Assembly (NCBI GenBank): GCA_046728115.1
Contig: JBKPDW010000110.1
Location: 1-55,215, forward strand
Reading direction: 5' to 3'
Source of the DNA: Acidobacteriota bacterium
GTDB taxonomy: Bacteria > Acidobacteriota > Vicinamibacteria > Vicinamibacterales > CAVVIG01
DNA length: 55,215 nucleotides
Under the pieces are notes generated by a model that worked only from the letters and a program-made list of their open reading frames with translations, searched no databases and had not been told where the DNA came from. The position numbers and the translations under genes are program-made. This document shows positions 26,420 to 35,540 of this stretch, piece after piece (the first letter of the stretch is position 1; each line of letters opens with the position of its first letter).

Positions 26420-27175
26420 TCACACACGCACCGGTATTTCTCGAGCGCGGAGATACTCTTTGAGACTCCGCACGCTCGTCTCTGCGTAATGGAACATCGA
26501 CGCCGCCAGCGCGGCGTCGGCGCGACCTTTGGTGAAGACCTCCACAAAGTGGTTCAGCGTTCCAGCGCCTCCGGACGCAATGACCGGGATCGATACGGCT
26601 GACGACACCGCGGCCGTCAGCAGGCAGTCGAAGCCGGATTTCGTTCCGTCGCGATCGATTGACGTCAGCAGGATCTCCCCGGCCCCGCGGGATTCGGCCT
26701 CGCGTGCCCACTCGACTGCGTCGCGGCCGGTTGCGGTTTGGCCGCTGCGGGCGTAGACCGCGAATCGATCGCCATCCTGTTTGGCGTCGATCGCGATTAC
26801 GACGGCCTGGCTGCCGTACCGTGCAGCGAGTGTCGTGATGAGCGACGGGTCCGCCAGGGCCGCCGTGTTCAGGCTGACTTTATCGGCGCCGGCGTCGACT
26901 GCCGCGCCGGCATCCGACTCGGTTCGAATGCCCCCGCCGACCGCGAGAGGAATGAACAACTCGCGCGCGACGGCGCGGATCGTATCGGCAAGCGCCCGAC
27001 GCGCCTCGATCGTTGCCGTGATGTCGAGAATGACAAGTTCGTCGACCCCTTCAGCGTTGTACCGCCGCGCCAGTTCCGCGGGGTCGCCCGCCGACCGCAA
27101 CCCTTCGAAATTGATGCCCTTGACCACCTGTCCATTTCGGACGTCCAGGCAGGCGATGATGCGTTTAGAGAGCAT
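26420..27175 (-). CDS. hisF: Imidazole glycerol phosphate synthase cyclase subunit
   Basis: [51 protein letters not shown]. Confidence 0.96.
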   Translation of the reverse strand: MLSKRIIACLDVRNGQVVKGINFEGLRSAGDPAELARRYNAEGVDELVILDITATIEARRALADTIRAVARELFIPLAVGGGIRTESDAGAAVDAGADKVSLNTAALADPSLITTLAARYGSQAVVIAIDAKQDGDRFAVYARSGQTATGRDAVEWAREAESRGAGEILLTSIDRDGTKSGFDCLLTAAVSSAVSIPVIASGGAGTLNHFVEVFTKGRADAALAASMFHYAETSVRSLKEYLRAREIPVRV

Positions 27176-27770
27176 CAGGCACGCACCGCACAAAGTTCCG
27201 CAACACCTGCAATCCGACGTCTCCGGATTTCTCGGGATGAAACTGCACCCCTGCGATGTGATCGCGGCGCACGATCGCCGCAAAGCGCTGACCATGTTCC
27301 GTCACGGCGACCGTGTCGGCGGTGATCGGCGCGACGTAGCTGTGGGTGAAATACACCTGTGCGCCGGCTGGCACGCCAGACACGATCGAGTCCTGGCGCG
27401 CGATCGTCAGACTGTTCCAGCCGACATGAGGGACTTTGACGTTGGCTGCCTCCAGCCTGACGACGTGGCCCGACAGCACACCCAGTCCCTTCAGGTCCGG
27501 CGCCTCGTCGCTGGATTCGTACAGCCACTGCATCCCGAGACAGATCCCAAGCAGGCGGCGTCCGCTGTCGACGTGCCGGCGAATCGCGTCGATCCAGTCT
27601 GCCGTCAGAACCCGTGTCGCGCCGAAATGCCCAACGCCGGGCACGATGATCGTCTCCGCTGGTGAAATGTCCTCAGGTACTCCGGGCACGAACACCTGGG
27701 CGCCAATCGCCGCAAGCGCCTTCTTCACCGACGTCAGATTCCCCGCCTGGTAGTCAATGAGCGCGATCAT
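27165..27770 (-). CDS. hisH: Imidazole glycerol phosphate synthase glutaminase subunit
   Basis: [40 protein letters not shown]. Confidence 0.96.
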   Translation of the reverse strand: MIALIDYQAGNLTSVKKALAAIGAQVFVPGVPEDISPAETIIVPGVGHFGATRVLTADWIDAIRRHVDSGRRLLGICLGMQWLYESSDEAPDLKGLGVLSGHVVRLEAANVKVPHVGWNSLTIARQDSIVSGVPAGAQVYFTHSYVAPITADTVAVTEHGQRFAAIVRRDHIAGVQFHPEKSGDVGLQVLRNFVRCVPDAL

Positions 27771-27786
27771 CGGCACGGCGTCGTCC

Positions 27787-28374
27787 TTACAAGAGTCCCT
27801 TGGTGCTCGGCAGCATCCGCGCCAGACGCCTGTCTCGCGCGCACGCGACGCGCAGGGCTCGGCCGAATGCCTTGAAAACGGCCTCGATCTTGTGATGACT
27901 CGATCGTCCGTACAACACTTTCGCGTGGACGTTCGCGCGAGCTCCGATCGAAAACCCTTCGAAGAAGTCGTGGACCAGCTCGGTCTGCAAATCGCCCACC
28001 CGCGCGGTCTTCACGCGCACGTCGATCACCGCGTGCGGGCGGCCGCCGAGATCGATAGCGGCGACTGCCAGCGTCTCGTCCATCGGCATCACGAAATATC
28101 CGGCTCGATTGATCCCTCGTCGGGTACCCAGCGCCTTCGAGACGGCCTCGCCGAGTGCGATGCCGAGATCTTCCACAGTGTGGTGCTGATCGACGTCCAA
28201 ATCGCCGTTCGCTTCCACACGCAGGTCGAACGCGCCGTGACGCGCGACCAGCTCCAGCATGTGATCGAGAAACCGGATGCCGCTGCGCACCAGATAGCGC
28301 CCCTTGCCGTCGAGCGCGATCGACAGCTTGATGTGCGTTTCCTTCGTCCGCCGATCGATCATTGCGCGGCGCAC
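27787..28374 (-). CDS. hisB: Imidazoleglycerol-phosphate dehydratase (monofunctional)
   Basis: [38 protein letters not shown]; GTG start with GAGG SD. Confidence 0.96.
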   Translation of the reverse strand: MRRAMIDRRTKETHIKLSIALDGKGRYLVRSGIRFLDHMLELVARHGAFDLRVEANGDLDVDQHHTVEDLGIALGEAVSKALGTRRGINRAGYFVMPMDETLAVAAIDLGGRPHAVIDVRVKTARVGDLQTELVHDFFEGFSIGARANVHAKVLYGRSSHHKIEAVFKAFGRALRVACARDRRLARMLPSTKGLL

Positions 28375-29402
28375 AACACCTCTTCCATCACGGCGATGCA
28401 GTGTCGCGTGTGTGCAACGATGCCGGCGCCCACCCGGATGCAGCCGGCACAGCCCGGCTCCGTGGATCGATCGCGAATGTACACGCCCCGGTCGAAGGCG
28501 CCTTGGACGAGCGCACTCGTGCGATCGCCGGCACACACGAGGACGAAGTTCGCCGAGCTCTGCCAGTAAGTCAGTCCCAGCCGGTCGCAGGCGTCGTACA
28601 GCAGCGCTTTCGATTCCTTGACCTGGCGCAGGTATTCATTCAGGTGATCGAGATCGCCGAGCGCGGCCTCAATGGCCGTGACGGCTGCAAGGTTGACGCT
28701 GTACACCGGAATGGCGCGACGGATCGCATCGACCGTATCGGGTGCACCGACCAGGCAACCGATGCGAAGCCCCGCCAGACCGAACGCCTTCGAGAACGTG
28801 CGCCCGACGATCACGTTCGGAAACGTCGCGAGCTCCGGAATGAAACTGATGCCGGCAAACTCGGCGTACGCTTCGTCGACAAAGACCACGGCTTCCTTCG
28901 GGACGCGCTGCGCTATCGTGCGGATCGCATCGAGCGGCATCGAGACGCCCGTCGGGTTGTTGGGGTTCGTCAGGAAGATGACGCGCGTCTGCGGCGTGAT
29001 GCCGGCGAGGACGCGATCGAGCGCGAACGAAAAGTCGCGATTCGGCAGCACCTGCACGAGGCGTCCGCCGGCGACCGCCGTATCGAAGCGGAAGATCTCG
29101 AATGCGGGTTCGGGGACGACGGCTTCGAGGACGGGTCCGCCGACGGATGGACGCAGGTAGGCGACGGCGAGCGCCATGATCCCTTCGTCGAGGCCGTTGG
29201 TCAACGTGACGCGATCGGCATCGACGCCAAGATATTGCGCAACCGTGGCGGTGGCGGCGTCGTAGGGCGGATAGAAACCAATCCGATCGGCGCGCAGCCG
29301 TGCCAGCGCTTCGATGACTCTCGGCGAACAGCCACCCGTGTTCTCGTTCTGATGCAACCGCAAGCCGTCGTACAGCTCGGGCGGTTTCTGGTAATGCGAC
29401 AC
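28359..29402 (-). CDS. hisC: Histidinol-phosphate aminotransferase
   Basis: [38 protein letters not shown]. Confidence 0.95.
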   Translation of the reverse strand: MSHYQKPPELYDGLRLHQNENTGGCSPRVIEALARLRADRIGFYPPYDAATATVAQYLGVDADRVTLTNGLDEGIMALAVAYLRPSVGGPVLEAVVPEPAFEIFRFDTAVAGGRLVQVLPNRDFSFALDRVLAGITPQTRVIFLTNPNNPTGVSMPLDAIRTIAQRVPKEAVVFVDEAYAEFAGISFIPELATFPNVIVGRTFSKAFGLAGLRIGCLVGAPDTVDAIRRAIPVYSVNLAAVTAIEAALGDLDHLNEYLRQVKESKALLYDACDRLGLTYWQSSANFVLVCAGDRTSALVQGAFDRGVYIRDRSTEPGCAGCIRVGAGIVAHTRHCIAVMEEVLCAAQ

Positions 29403-29403
29403 G

Positions 29404-30645
29404 TCACGCGCCTTTCAAGCGAATCTCGATCGACTCTGCATGTGCGTTGAGCCCCTCGGCACGCGCGAGGGGCAGGATGATCGGCGCCAGCCCGGCGAGT
29501 CCTGCCCGCGTCAGTCGCTGCACCGACATGACGCGCATGAAGTCTGCGGCCGACAAGCCGCCGCGAAACCGCGCCGCGCCAGCCGTTGGCAGGACGTGGT
29601 TGGACCCTGTCGCGTAGTCGCCCGCGGCCTGCGCGCTGTACGGGCCGATGAACACGGCGCCAGCAGTCAGCGATCGGCGGCCCAGGTCTTCGCTTTCGAT
29701 GACCAGATGCTCCGGTGCGAACCGATTGGCCAGCATCATCGCCTCGTCGCTCGATCGCGCGATGACGATCGCGCCATGCTGCGCGACCGAGCGGGCAGCG
29801 ATCGTGCGAAATTTGCACGCCTTGTTCACGGCGTTGGCTACCGCGGTGCCAAGACGCCGGTTCCACGTGATGAAGATCGCTCTCGCGTCGGGATCGTGCT
29901 CGGCCTGCGCCGACAGATCGGCGGCAATCCAGGCCGGCCGGCCGCGGCCGGCGACGATGACGATCTCGGTGGGGCCGGCGTAGAAATCGATGGCGCACTG
30001 GCCGGCTACGAGGGATTTCGCCGTAGCCACGTACCGATTGCCGGGCCCGACGATCTTGTCCACCCGAGGCACCGCCGGAGTGCCGAATGCCATGGCCGCA
30101 ATCGCGTGCGCGCCGCCCATTCGAAAGAGCCTCGTCACGCCGGCCTCGAGCGCGGCGGCCATCACCACCGGATCGGGCCGTGGACATGCCACGATGATTT
30201 CCCTCACTCCCGCCACTCTCGCCGGCACCGTCGTCATCAACAGCGAGGACGGCAACGGAAAGCGACCGGCGGGGACGTAACACCCCACGCGTGCGAGCGG
30301 CTCGACGCGCTGTTCGATCGACACACCGGACGCAACCTCGAGATCCCAATGGCGCGGAATCTGGCGGAATGCCACGCGCGCGATGTGCGCGGCGGCACGT
30401 GCGATTGCGCGCCGCGTCGCCACGTCCACCCGCGCGGCCGCGGACTGCATCTCGCTGGCGGACACTTCGAGCGGACCCGACAGGTCGTCGAACCGCCGTG
30501 CGAATCGAACGAGCGCCCGATCGCCTCCCGAGCGAACCGCATCGACAATCGTCCGCACCCGGCGCTCGAACCCAGGGTCCGCGCGTGTTGCAGGCGTCAG
30601 CAGCCGGCGAATCGCCTTCTTATCGGTCGCCTCGACAATCCTCAA
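29404..30645 (-). CDS. hisD: Histidinol dehydrogenase
   Basis: GCYVPAG, GGAHAIAA.AFGT, KIVGPGN, SAQAEHD, APEHL, GDYATGSNHVLPT; TTG start. Confidence 0.96.
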   Translation of the reverse strand: MRIVEATDKKAIRRLLTPATRADPGFERRVRTIVDAVRSGGDRALVRFARRFDDLSGPLEVSASEMQSAAARVDVATRRAIARAAAHIARVAFRQIPRHWDLEVASGVSIEQRVEPLARVGCYVPAGRFPLPSSLLMTTVPARVAGVREIIVACPRPDPVVMAAALEAGVTRLFRMGGAHAIAAMAFGTPAVPRVDKIVGPGNRYVATAKSLVAGQCAIDFYAGPTEIVIVAGRGRPAWIAADLSAQAEHDPDARAIFITWNRRLGTAVANAVNKACKFRTIAARSVAQHGAIVIARSSDEAMMLANRFAPEHLVIESEDLGRRSLTAGAVFIGPYSAQAAGDYATGSNHVLPTAGAARFRGGLSAADFMRVMSVQRLTRAGLAGLAPIILPLARAEGLNAHAESIEIRLKGA

Positions 30646-30654
30646 TCGATTAAT

Positions 30655-30770
30655 CTCCCAACCCGTGCCACCCGCCCGACCGCTCTACGTCCTACCTGCT
30701 CTTCCAGTCCGTTCCTCCCAACCGCCCGCTGGGCTGAAGCCTTGGCGCCACAAGCGCGGTTTCTAGTCCC
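30655..30770. repeat. Degenerate 9-mer periodic tract between hisG and hisD
   Basis: Minus-strand reading GCGGGCGGT/AGAGCAGGT/AGCGGTCGG/GCGGGTGGC resembles the tract at 5054-5125. Confidence 0.45.
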
Positions 30771-30773
30771 TGG

Positions 30774-31661
30774 CTACAGAACAATCTTGTTCAGCGGATA
30801 CTCGACGATCCCCTGGGCGCGCGCTGATTTCAACCGCGGAATCAGATCGCGCACCGTTCGTTCCTCGATGATCGTGTTGACCGCCACCCACTCCTCGTCG
30901 CTCAGTCCGGAAATCGTCGGCCGCTGAAGCGCCGGCAGCAGCGCGAGGACCGCGTCGAGATCGGCGCGCCGGACGTTCAGCATCAGGCCCACGCGACCTT
31001 GAGCTTCGATCGCGGCCCGGAGCAGCAGTGCGATGTTTTCCAGCTTCGTTCGCTTCCACTGGTCGGCGAGCGCCGTGTGGTTCGCGATGAGCTGTGTGTT
31101 CGATTCCATCACGGTGTCGACGATCCGCAGTCGATTGGCGCGAAGGGTCGAGCCTGTTTCGGTCGCCTCGACGATCGCGTCGGCGAGAACCGGTGGTTTC
31201 ACCTCGGTGGCGCCCCACGAGAACTCGACGTTCACCTTGACGCCATGCCGCTCGAAATACGCGCGCGTTGCGCGAACGAGTTCCGTTGCGACGGTCTTCC
31301 CCTCGAGGTCCCTCGGGCAGCGAATCGAGGACTCCTCCGGTGCTGCCAGCACCCATTTGACTTTCCCGAAACTCTGCTTCGAATAAATCAGATCAGCGAT
31401 GGTCGTGATGACGCCGGTCCGGCCGTCGCCGGCCTCGTGCTCGGCGATCCAGTCCTGTCCCGTCAGACCGGCGTCGAGCACGCCATCCGAGACATAGCGC
31501 GCCATTTCCTGCGCGCGGATCAACATGCATTCGAGTTCCGGATCGTCAACCGCCGGAAAGTACGATCGTGAGCTGACGTAGATGTTGAAGCCCGCGCGTG
31601 CGAACAACTGCACGGTCGCGTCCTGCAACGAACCCTTGGGAATGCCGAGTTTCAGTGTCAT
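30774..31661 (-). CDS. hisG: ATP phosphoribosyltransferase, long form with C-terminal regulatory domain
   Basis: [39 protein letters not shown]; C-terminal LPAL..PTIS.L. Confidence 0.95.
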   Translation of the reverse strand: MTLKLGIPKGSLQDATVQLFARAGFNIYVSSRSYFPAVDDPELECMLIRAQEMARYVSDGVLDAGLTGQDWIAEHEAGDGRTGVITTIADLIYSKQSFGKVKWVLAAPEESSIRCPRDLEGKTVATELVRATRAYFERHGVKVNVEFSWGATEVKPPVLADAIVEATETGSTLRANRLRIVDTVMESNTQLIANHTALADQWKRTKLENIALLLRAAIEAQGRVGLMLNVRRADLDAVLALLPALQRPTISGLSDEEWVAVNTIIEERTVRDLIPRLKSARAQGIVEYPLNKIVL

Positions 31662-31726
31662 GGCTTCAGTCACACCTCCAGCACGGGGCGCAAGCTCTCC
31701 ACTGCGCGGCGCGACGCTCTCCGCCA

Positions 31727-31792
31727 CAGACGACACACGGGACACGGGGCAGGACTTTCATGCTCCGTGTCTCCCGTGTCCCCCGTGGTGGA
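31727..31792. repeat. Palindromic 9-mer repeat (GACACGGG.../..CCGTGTC, CCGTGGT) spanning the hisI stop
   Basis: GACACACGGGACACGGGG ... CTCCGTGTCTCCCGTGTCCCCCGTGGTG forms an imperfect hairpin; related unit TCCTCTGTGTCCGCCGTGGT near 13311-13330. Confidence 0.65.
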
Positions 31793-32117
31793 GAGATTCT
31801 GGAGCTGGCTCGAGCTTGCGATAGAAACACGTTCTCGCCCCCGTGTGGCACACGTTGCCGTCGCCGAGGCGTTTCACCTTCACGAGCACCGTGTCATCGT
31901 CGCAATCCACGAGGATGTCGATCACTTCGAGCCTGTTGCCGGAGGTTTCGCCCTTGGTCCACAGCCTGTTGCGCGTGCGGCTGAAGAACGTGGCATAGCC
32001 GGTCCGCCTGGTGTCAGCCAGCGCCTGTTCGTTCATGAAGCCGACCATCAGCACTTCGGCCGAGTCCGCATCCTGAATGACCGCGGGTATCAGTCCGTCG
32101 AGTTTTGAAAAGTCCAT
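31758..32117 (-). CDS. hisI: Phosphoribosyl-AMP cyclohydrolase (monofunctional, no HisE domain)
   Basis: GLIPAVIQD, VLMVGFMN, SR.R..LW.KGETSG, DCDDD, CHTG..TCF. Confidence 0.95.
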   Translation of the reverse strand: MDFSKLDGLIPAVIQDADSAEVLMVGFMNEQALADTRRTGYATFFSRTRNRLWTKGETSGNRLEVIDILVDCDDDTVLVKVKRLGDGNVCHTGARTCFYRKLEPAPESLHHGGHGRHGA

Positions 32118-32153
32118 AAAAGAAAAAACCCCGCCGGATGGCGGGGTCCCTTT
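32118..32153 (-). terminator. Intrinsic terminator (attenuator) upstream of hisI
   Basis: Minus strand ACCCCGCC-atcc-GGCGGGGT followed by TTTTTCTTTT and then the hisI ATG. Confidence 0.9.
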
Positions 32154-32154
32154 T

Positions 32155-32196
32155 TGGTCCTTGGTTCCTGGTGCCTGGTCCCTGGTGCTTGGTCCC
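32155..32196. repeat. Six 7-mer tandem units TGGTNC(C/T) inside the his leader
   Basis: TGGTCCT TGGTTCC TGGTGCC TGGTCCC TGGTGCT TGGTCCC. Confidence 0.85.
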
Positions 32197-32198
32197 GC

Positions 32199-32270
32199 CT
32201 AGATCGCGCACACTCCACTGGCCCGATGGCCGTGATGATGGAAGTGGCCGTGATGGCAGACCGCGAACAT
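32199..32270 (-). CDS. hisL: His operon leader peptide MFAVCHHGHFHHHGHRASGVCAI (23 aa, 7 His)
   Basis: Translated by hand; 7 His in a 10-codon window; lies upstream of the terminator and the his operon; absent from the ORF track. Confidence 0.92.
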   Translation of the reverse strand: MFAVCHHGHFHHHGHRASGVCAI

Positions 32271-32279
32271 GAAGATGTG

Positions 32280-32309
32280 AGCCTAGCCGATCGTCAAATG
32301 ACGTGTCAA
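32280..32309 (-). promoter_or_regulatory. Sigma70-type promoter for the his leader
   Basis: Minus strand TTGACA-N18-TAGGCT; -10 ends 9 nt before the leader ATG, so the transcript would be nearly leaderless. Confidence 0.65.
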
Positions 32310-32752
32310 CGGCGCCGGTCGGCGTTGGAAGGCGGCGTGGCCTCGCGGGCGACCATGACTTCGGTCGCCTTGATAATCGCGAGCGCATCATCCCCTCTGC
32401 GAAGCTTCAACTCTTCGACGGCGTCGCGTGTGATGACGGCGGTCAGTGTTTGATCGCCAATCTTGAGCCGCACCTGGGCGAGGAGGCCCTCGACGCGGAC
32501 CTCGTCGACGTATCCATGCAGCTGATTCCGCCCGCTGATCGAGACGATCGCGCCGGTCCGCCGCGGCGGCCGCTTGCGCGCGTTCGGCCTCGTCGACGGC
32601 GCCAGCAGGCGATCGACCTCGTTTTCGGCAATGCGATGGTGGCCGCCGCTGGTCAGCCGCGTGCGGACGCGGCCTTCGTAGATCCAATGCTTCAGTGTGG
32701 AGTAGCCGACACCGAGGCGCCGCGCAGCCTGTCTGACCGTCAGGAGTGACAT
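32306..32752 (-). CDS. Excisionase/MerR-like HTH + TOBE domain protein (molybdate-responsive regulator, ModE-like role)
   Basis: LLTVRQAARRLGV..STLKHWI..G HTH; ISGRNQL.G.V..V TOBE with A.IKAT.V; divergent from modA. Confidence 0.9.
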   Translation of the reverse strand: MSLLTVRQAARRLGVGYSTLKHWIYEGRVRTRLTSGGHHRIAENEVDRLLAPSTRPNARKRPPRRTGAIVSISGRNQLHGYVDEVRVEGLLAQVRLKIGDQTLTAVITRDAVEELKLRRGDDALAIIKATEVMVAREATPPSNADRRR

Positions 32753-32806
32753 GGCTAATATCGCCTATAAAAAACAGCTTGAATCATATTAAACTGTGCG
32801 ATTGTT
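32753..32806. promoter_or_regulatory. AT-rich divergent promoter region with ATCGC..GCGAT inverted ends; candidate operator
   Basis: ATCGC (32760-32764) and GCGAT (32798-32802) flank an AT-rich core; spacing is longer than a canonical ModE box. Confidence 0.3.
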
Positions 32807-33598
32807 GTGAAGAGCTGCTGTCGGGTCGTGGCATGTGTCCTGCTTGGGGGAAGCCTCGCCTGCAGCGCCCCTGCGGGCACCGGCAGCGGCCGGACGAGTA
32901 TCCGGCTCGCGGCGGCGTCAGACCTTCAGGCCGCGCTCGGTGAGTTGACGGCTCGCTTCTCCGCGTCCCACGCGGTGGACGTGTTCGTTTCCTACGGATC
33001 GTCGGGGACGTTCTTCACCCAGCTCGTCAATGGTGCGCCGTACGACATGTTCTTGTCCGCCGACGTGGCCTATCCAAAAAGACTGGCGGATCGGGGACTC
33101 GCCGTCAGCGGCAGCGAGTTCACCTATGCCATCGGCCGGATCGTCGTCTGGGTTCCGGCGTCGTCGCCGCTCGCCGTCGAGCGCTCGGGTCTGGCCACGC
33201 TTGCCGCCGACTCGGTCAAGCGCGTCTCGATCGCGAATCCCGAGCATGCGCCATACGGCCGCGCGGCGGTTGCCGCGATGCAACACGCCGGCATCTACGA
33301 TCGGATCCGACCAAAGCTCGTGCTGGGTGAGAATATCGCCCAGGCGCTGCAGTTCGTTCAGAGCGGTGCAGCCGACGTCGGAATCGTCGCGTTGTCGCTT
33401 GCGCTCGCACCGAACCTCAAATTACAAGGTCGTTGGTTCGAGATTCCATCGAGCGAATATCCAACCATCGAACAGGGCGGCGTGATCCTGAAGAGCACAC
33501 CGAATCCCGCCGCCGCACAGGAATTTCGAGCCTTTCTGACCGGCGCCGACGGCCGCGCCATCCTGAAGCAGTTCGGCTTCTCGGTGGCCGGAGAATAG
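32807..33598 (+). CDS. modA: Molybdate ABC transporter substrate-binding lipoprotein
   Basis: Lipobox-like SLAC; AAASDL, GSSG, GAPYDMFLSAD, IANP.HAPYG.AA. Confidence 0.94.
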   Translation: MKSCCRVVACVLLGGSLACSAPAGTGSGRTSIRLAAASDLQAALGELTARFSASHAVDVFVSYGSSGTFFTQLVNGAPYDMFLSADVAYPKRLADRGLAVSGSEFTYAIGRIVVWVPASSPLAVERSGLATLAADSVKRVSIANPEHAPYGRAAVAAMQHAGIYDRIRPKLVLGENIAQALQFVQSGAADVGIVALSLALAPNLKLQGRWFEIPSSEYPTIEQGGVILKSTPNPAAAQEFRAFLTGADGRAILKQFGFSVAGE

Positions 33599-33599
33599 C

Positions 33600-34271
33600 G
33601 TGGACTGGACGGCGGTCTGGTTGAGTATTCGCCTCGCGACAGCGACGACGCTGGTGCTGTTGGCCATCGGCATTCCCCTCGCATACTGGATCGTATTCTC
33701 GCCGCGCCGCTGGAAATTTCTCGTGGAGGCGGTCGTCGCGCTGCCTTTGGTGTTGCCGCCCACTGTGCTCGGCTTTTACGTCCTGGTGGCAATCGGTCCA
33801 TTCAGTCCCGTCGGCCGTGCGTACGTGCGTCTGGTGGGACACGGGCTGCCGTTCACGTTCGAGGGGCTGCTGATCGCCTCCGTGCTGTACTCGCTGCCGT
33901 TTGCCGTGCAGCCGTTCAGCACCGAGTTCGCGTCGGTTGACGCGCGGCTGCTCGAGGCGTCGTGGTCTCTCGGGGTGTCGCGCCTCGCCACGTTTCGACG
34001 AATCGTCATCCCGTTGTCGGTGCGCGGCCTGGTGACCGGGGTCGTCCTCAGCTTCGCGCACACGCTCGGTGAATTCGGCGTCGTGTTGATGGTGGGTGGA
34101 AATGTCCCGGGAGCGACGCGCACGGTGTCGATTTCGATTTACGACGCCGTGCAGTCGCTCGATTATGCAGCGGCGTCTCGCACGTCGATGTTCCTTCTGG
34201 TGATTTCGTTCGTGATTCTCGTTTCGGCCTATCTGCTTCAGCGAACGGTATGGGTTCGGCCGCGGCATTGA
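33600..34271 (+). CDS. modB: Molybdate ABC transporter permease
   Basis: LPLVLPPTVLGF, FAHTLGEFG..LMVGGN.PG.TRT.S. Confidence 0.95.
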   Translation: MDWTAVWLSIRLATATTLVLLAIGIPLAYWIVFSPRRWKFLVEAVVALPLVLPPTVLGFYVLVAIGPFSPVGRAYVRLVGHGLPFTFEGLLIASVLYSLPFAVQPFSTEFASVDARLLEASWSLGVSRLATFRRIVIPLSVRGLVTGVVLSFAHTLGEFGVVLMVGGNVPGATRTVSISIYDAVQSLDYAAASRTSMFLLVISFVILVSAYLLQRTVWVRPRH

Positions 34272-35428
34272 CAGGAGACTCTGCCGGCCCCGGCCTGCAG
34301 ATGTCGGTGGCGCAGCGCTTCGCGAGCGGATTCAGTGTCGCAGCGAGGTTGGACGTTCGTCTGCCGCCGGGAACGATCCTCGTTTTCTTCGGACCGTCAG
34401 GGTCCGGAAAAACGACGTTGCTGAGATTAATCGCGGGGTTGGAGCGACCTGACCGCGGCACCATTCGGTTCGATGACCAGTCGTGGTGCGACACCGACCG
34501 CGGCATCTGGCGTCCGGCTCAGGATCGCCGCGTGGGCCTCGTATTCCAGGAGCCAGCGCTCTTCCCGCATCTCTCCGTCCGCGCCAACATCGCGTATGGG
34601 GTCGCAGCCAGGCGGCATCCAGGTCGCAGCCGGATCGCGTCGCCGCCCGGTCGCGCTCAGGTCGCATCCGGGTCCGACCGCATCGCAGAAATTGCGGGGA
34701 CGTTGGGGATCGCGGATCTCGATCGGTATCCGAGGAAGTTGTCGGGCGGCGAGGCGCAGCGCGTGGCTCTGGCCCGCGCCCTGACGCCGGATCCTCGACT
34801 GCTGCTGCTGGACGAACCGTTTGCCTCGCTCGACGGCCCGACGCGCGGCCGGCTGCGCCGCGATCTGCGCGCACAGTTACGCCGCATTGGCACACCAGCC
34901 ATCCTGGTGACGCACGATCGGACCGAGGCCCTGGCGATCGGCGATTCGATGGCCGTCGTCATGGCAGGCGAGGTTCGTCAGGTGGGCGCCGTTGCAGACG
35001 TGTTCAGCCACCCGCGCGATGCCGGCGTCGCCGCGGCACTTGGCGTCGAGGCGGTTCTGCCGGCCCGCATCGCCGAGACGTCAGACGGATTGCTGGCCGT
35101 TGCCATCAACGACGTCGTGCTGCACGTTGCGGAACGGACCGACGACGATCGCATTCAGGCCGGATCGCACGTCTACGCCTGCATTCGCGCGGAAGATGTC
35201 ACACTTGAAGCGCAGACGTCCAGGCGCGCGAGCGCGCGCAACCACCTGGCTGCTCGTGTGATGTCGATCCAGTCGGAGGGCGCCGTCGATCGCATCACGC
35301 TCGACTGCGGGTTTCCGCTCGACGCGGTGATTACGCGCCGATCGCGGGAGGATTTGAACCTGTCGGAAGGCGTGCAGGTCGTCGCAGCGATCAAAGCGAC
35401 ATCGATTCATCTCGTGCCGCGAGCGTAG
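34250..35428 (+). CDS. modC: Molybdate ABC transporter ATP-binding protein with TOBE domain; start may be TTG 34268
   Basis: GPSGSGKTT, LFPHLSV, LSGGEAQR, LLLDEPF; C-terminal SARN TOBE. Confidence 0.93.
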   Translation: MGSAAALTGDSAGPGLQMSVAQRFASGFSVAARLDVRLPPGTILVFFGPSGSGKTTLLRLIAGLERPDRGTIRFDDQSWCDTDRGIWRPAQDRRVGLVFQEPALFPHLSVRANIAYGVAARRHPGRSRIASPPGRAQVASGSDRIAEIAGTLGIADLDRYPRKLSGGEAQRVALARALTPDPRLLLLDEPFASLDGPTRGRLRRDLRAQLRRIGTPAILVTHDRTEALAIGDSMAVVMAGEVRQVGAVADVFSHPRDAGVAAALGVEAVLPARIAETSDGLLAVAINDVVLHVAERTDDDRIQAGSHVYACIRAEDVTLEAQTSRRASARNHLAARVMSIQSEGAVDRITLDCGFPLDAVITRRSREDLNLSEGVQVVAAIKATSIHLVPRA

Positions 35429-35438
35429 CGTTCGGCTG

Positions 35439-35501
35439 GCGCTTTCGCATCGGTGTAGTGCCAAGCCGGATCGCCACAAACCGACCGCTACACTGAAGCG
35501 C
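35439..35501. repeat. REP-like hairpin between convergent modC and MFS genes
   Basis: GCGCTT..CGGTGTAGTG (35439-35460) pairs with CGCTACACTG-AAGCGC (35486-35501). Confidence 0.5.
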
Positions 35502-35540
35502 AACGTGCAATAACCTCGCGGTCTAGTGCAAAGGCGACGG

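Noticed and set aside
32306-32752. Excisionase-like HTH as a sign of a prophage or ICE
   Set aside because: It is fused to a TOBE domain and divergent from modABC, the standard molybdate-regulator architecture; no integrase or att site nearby
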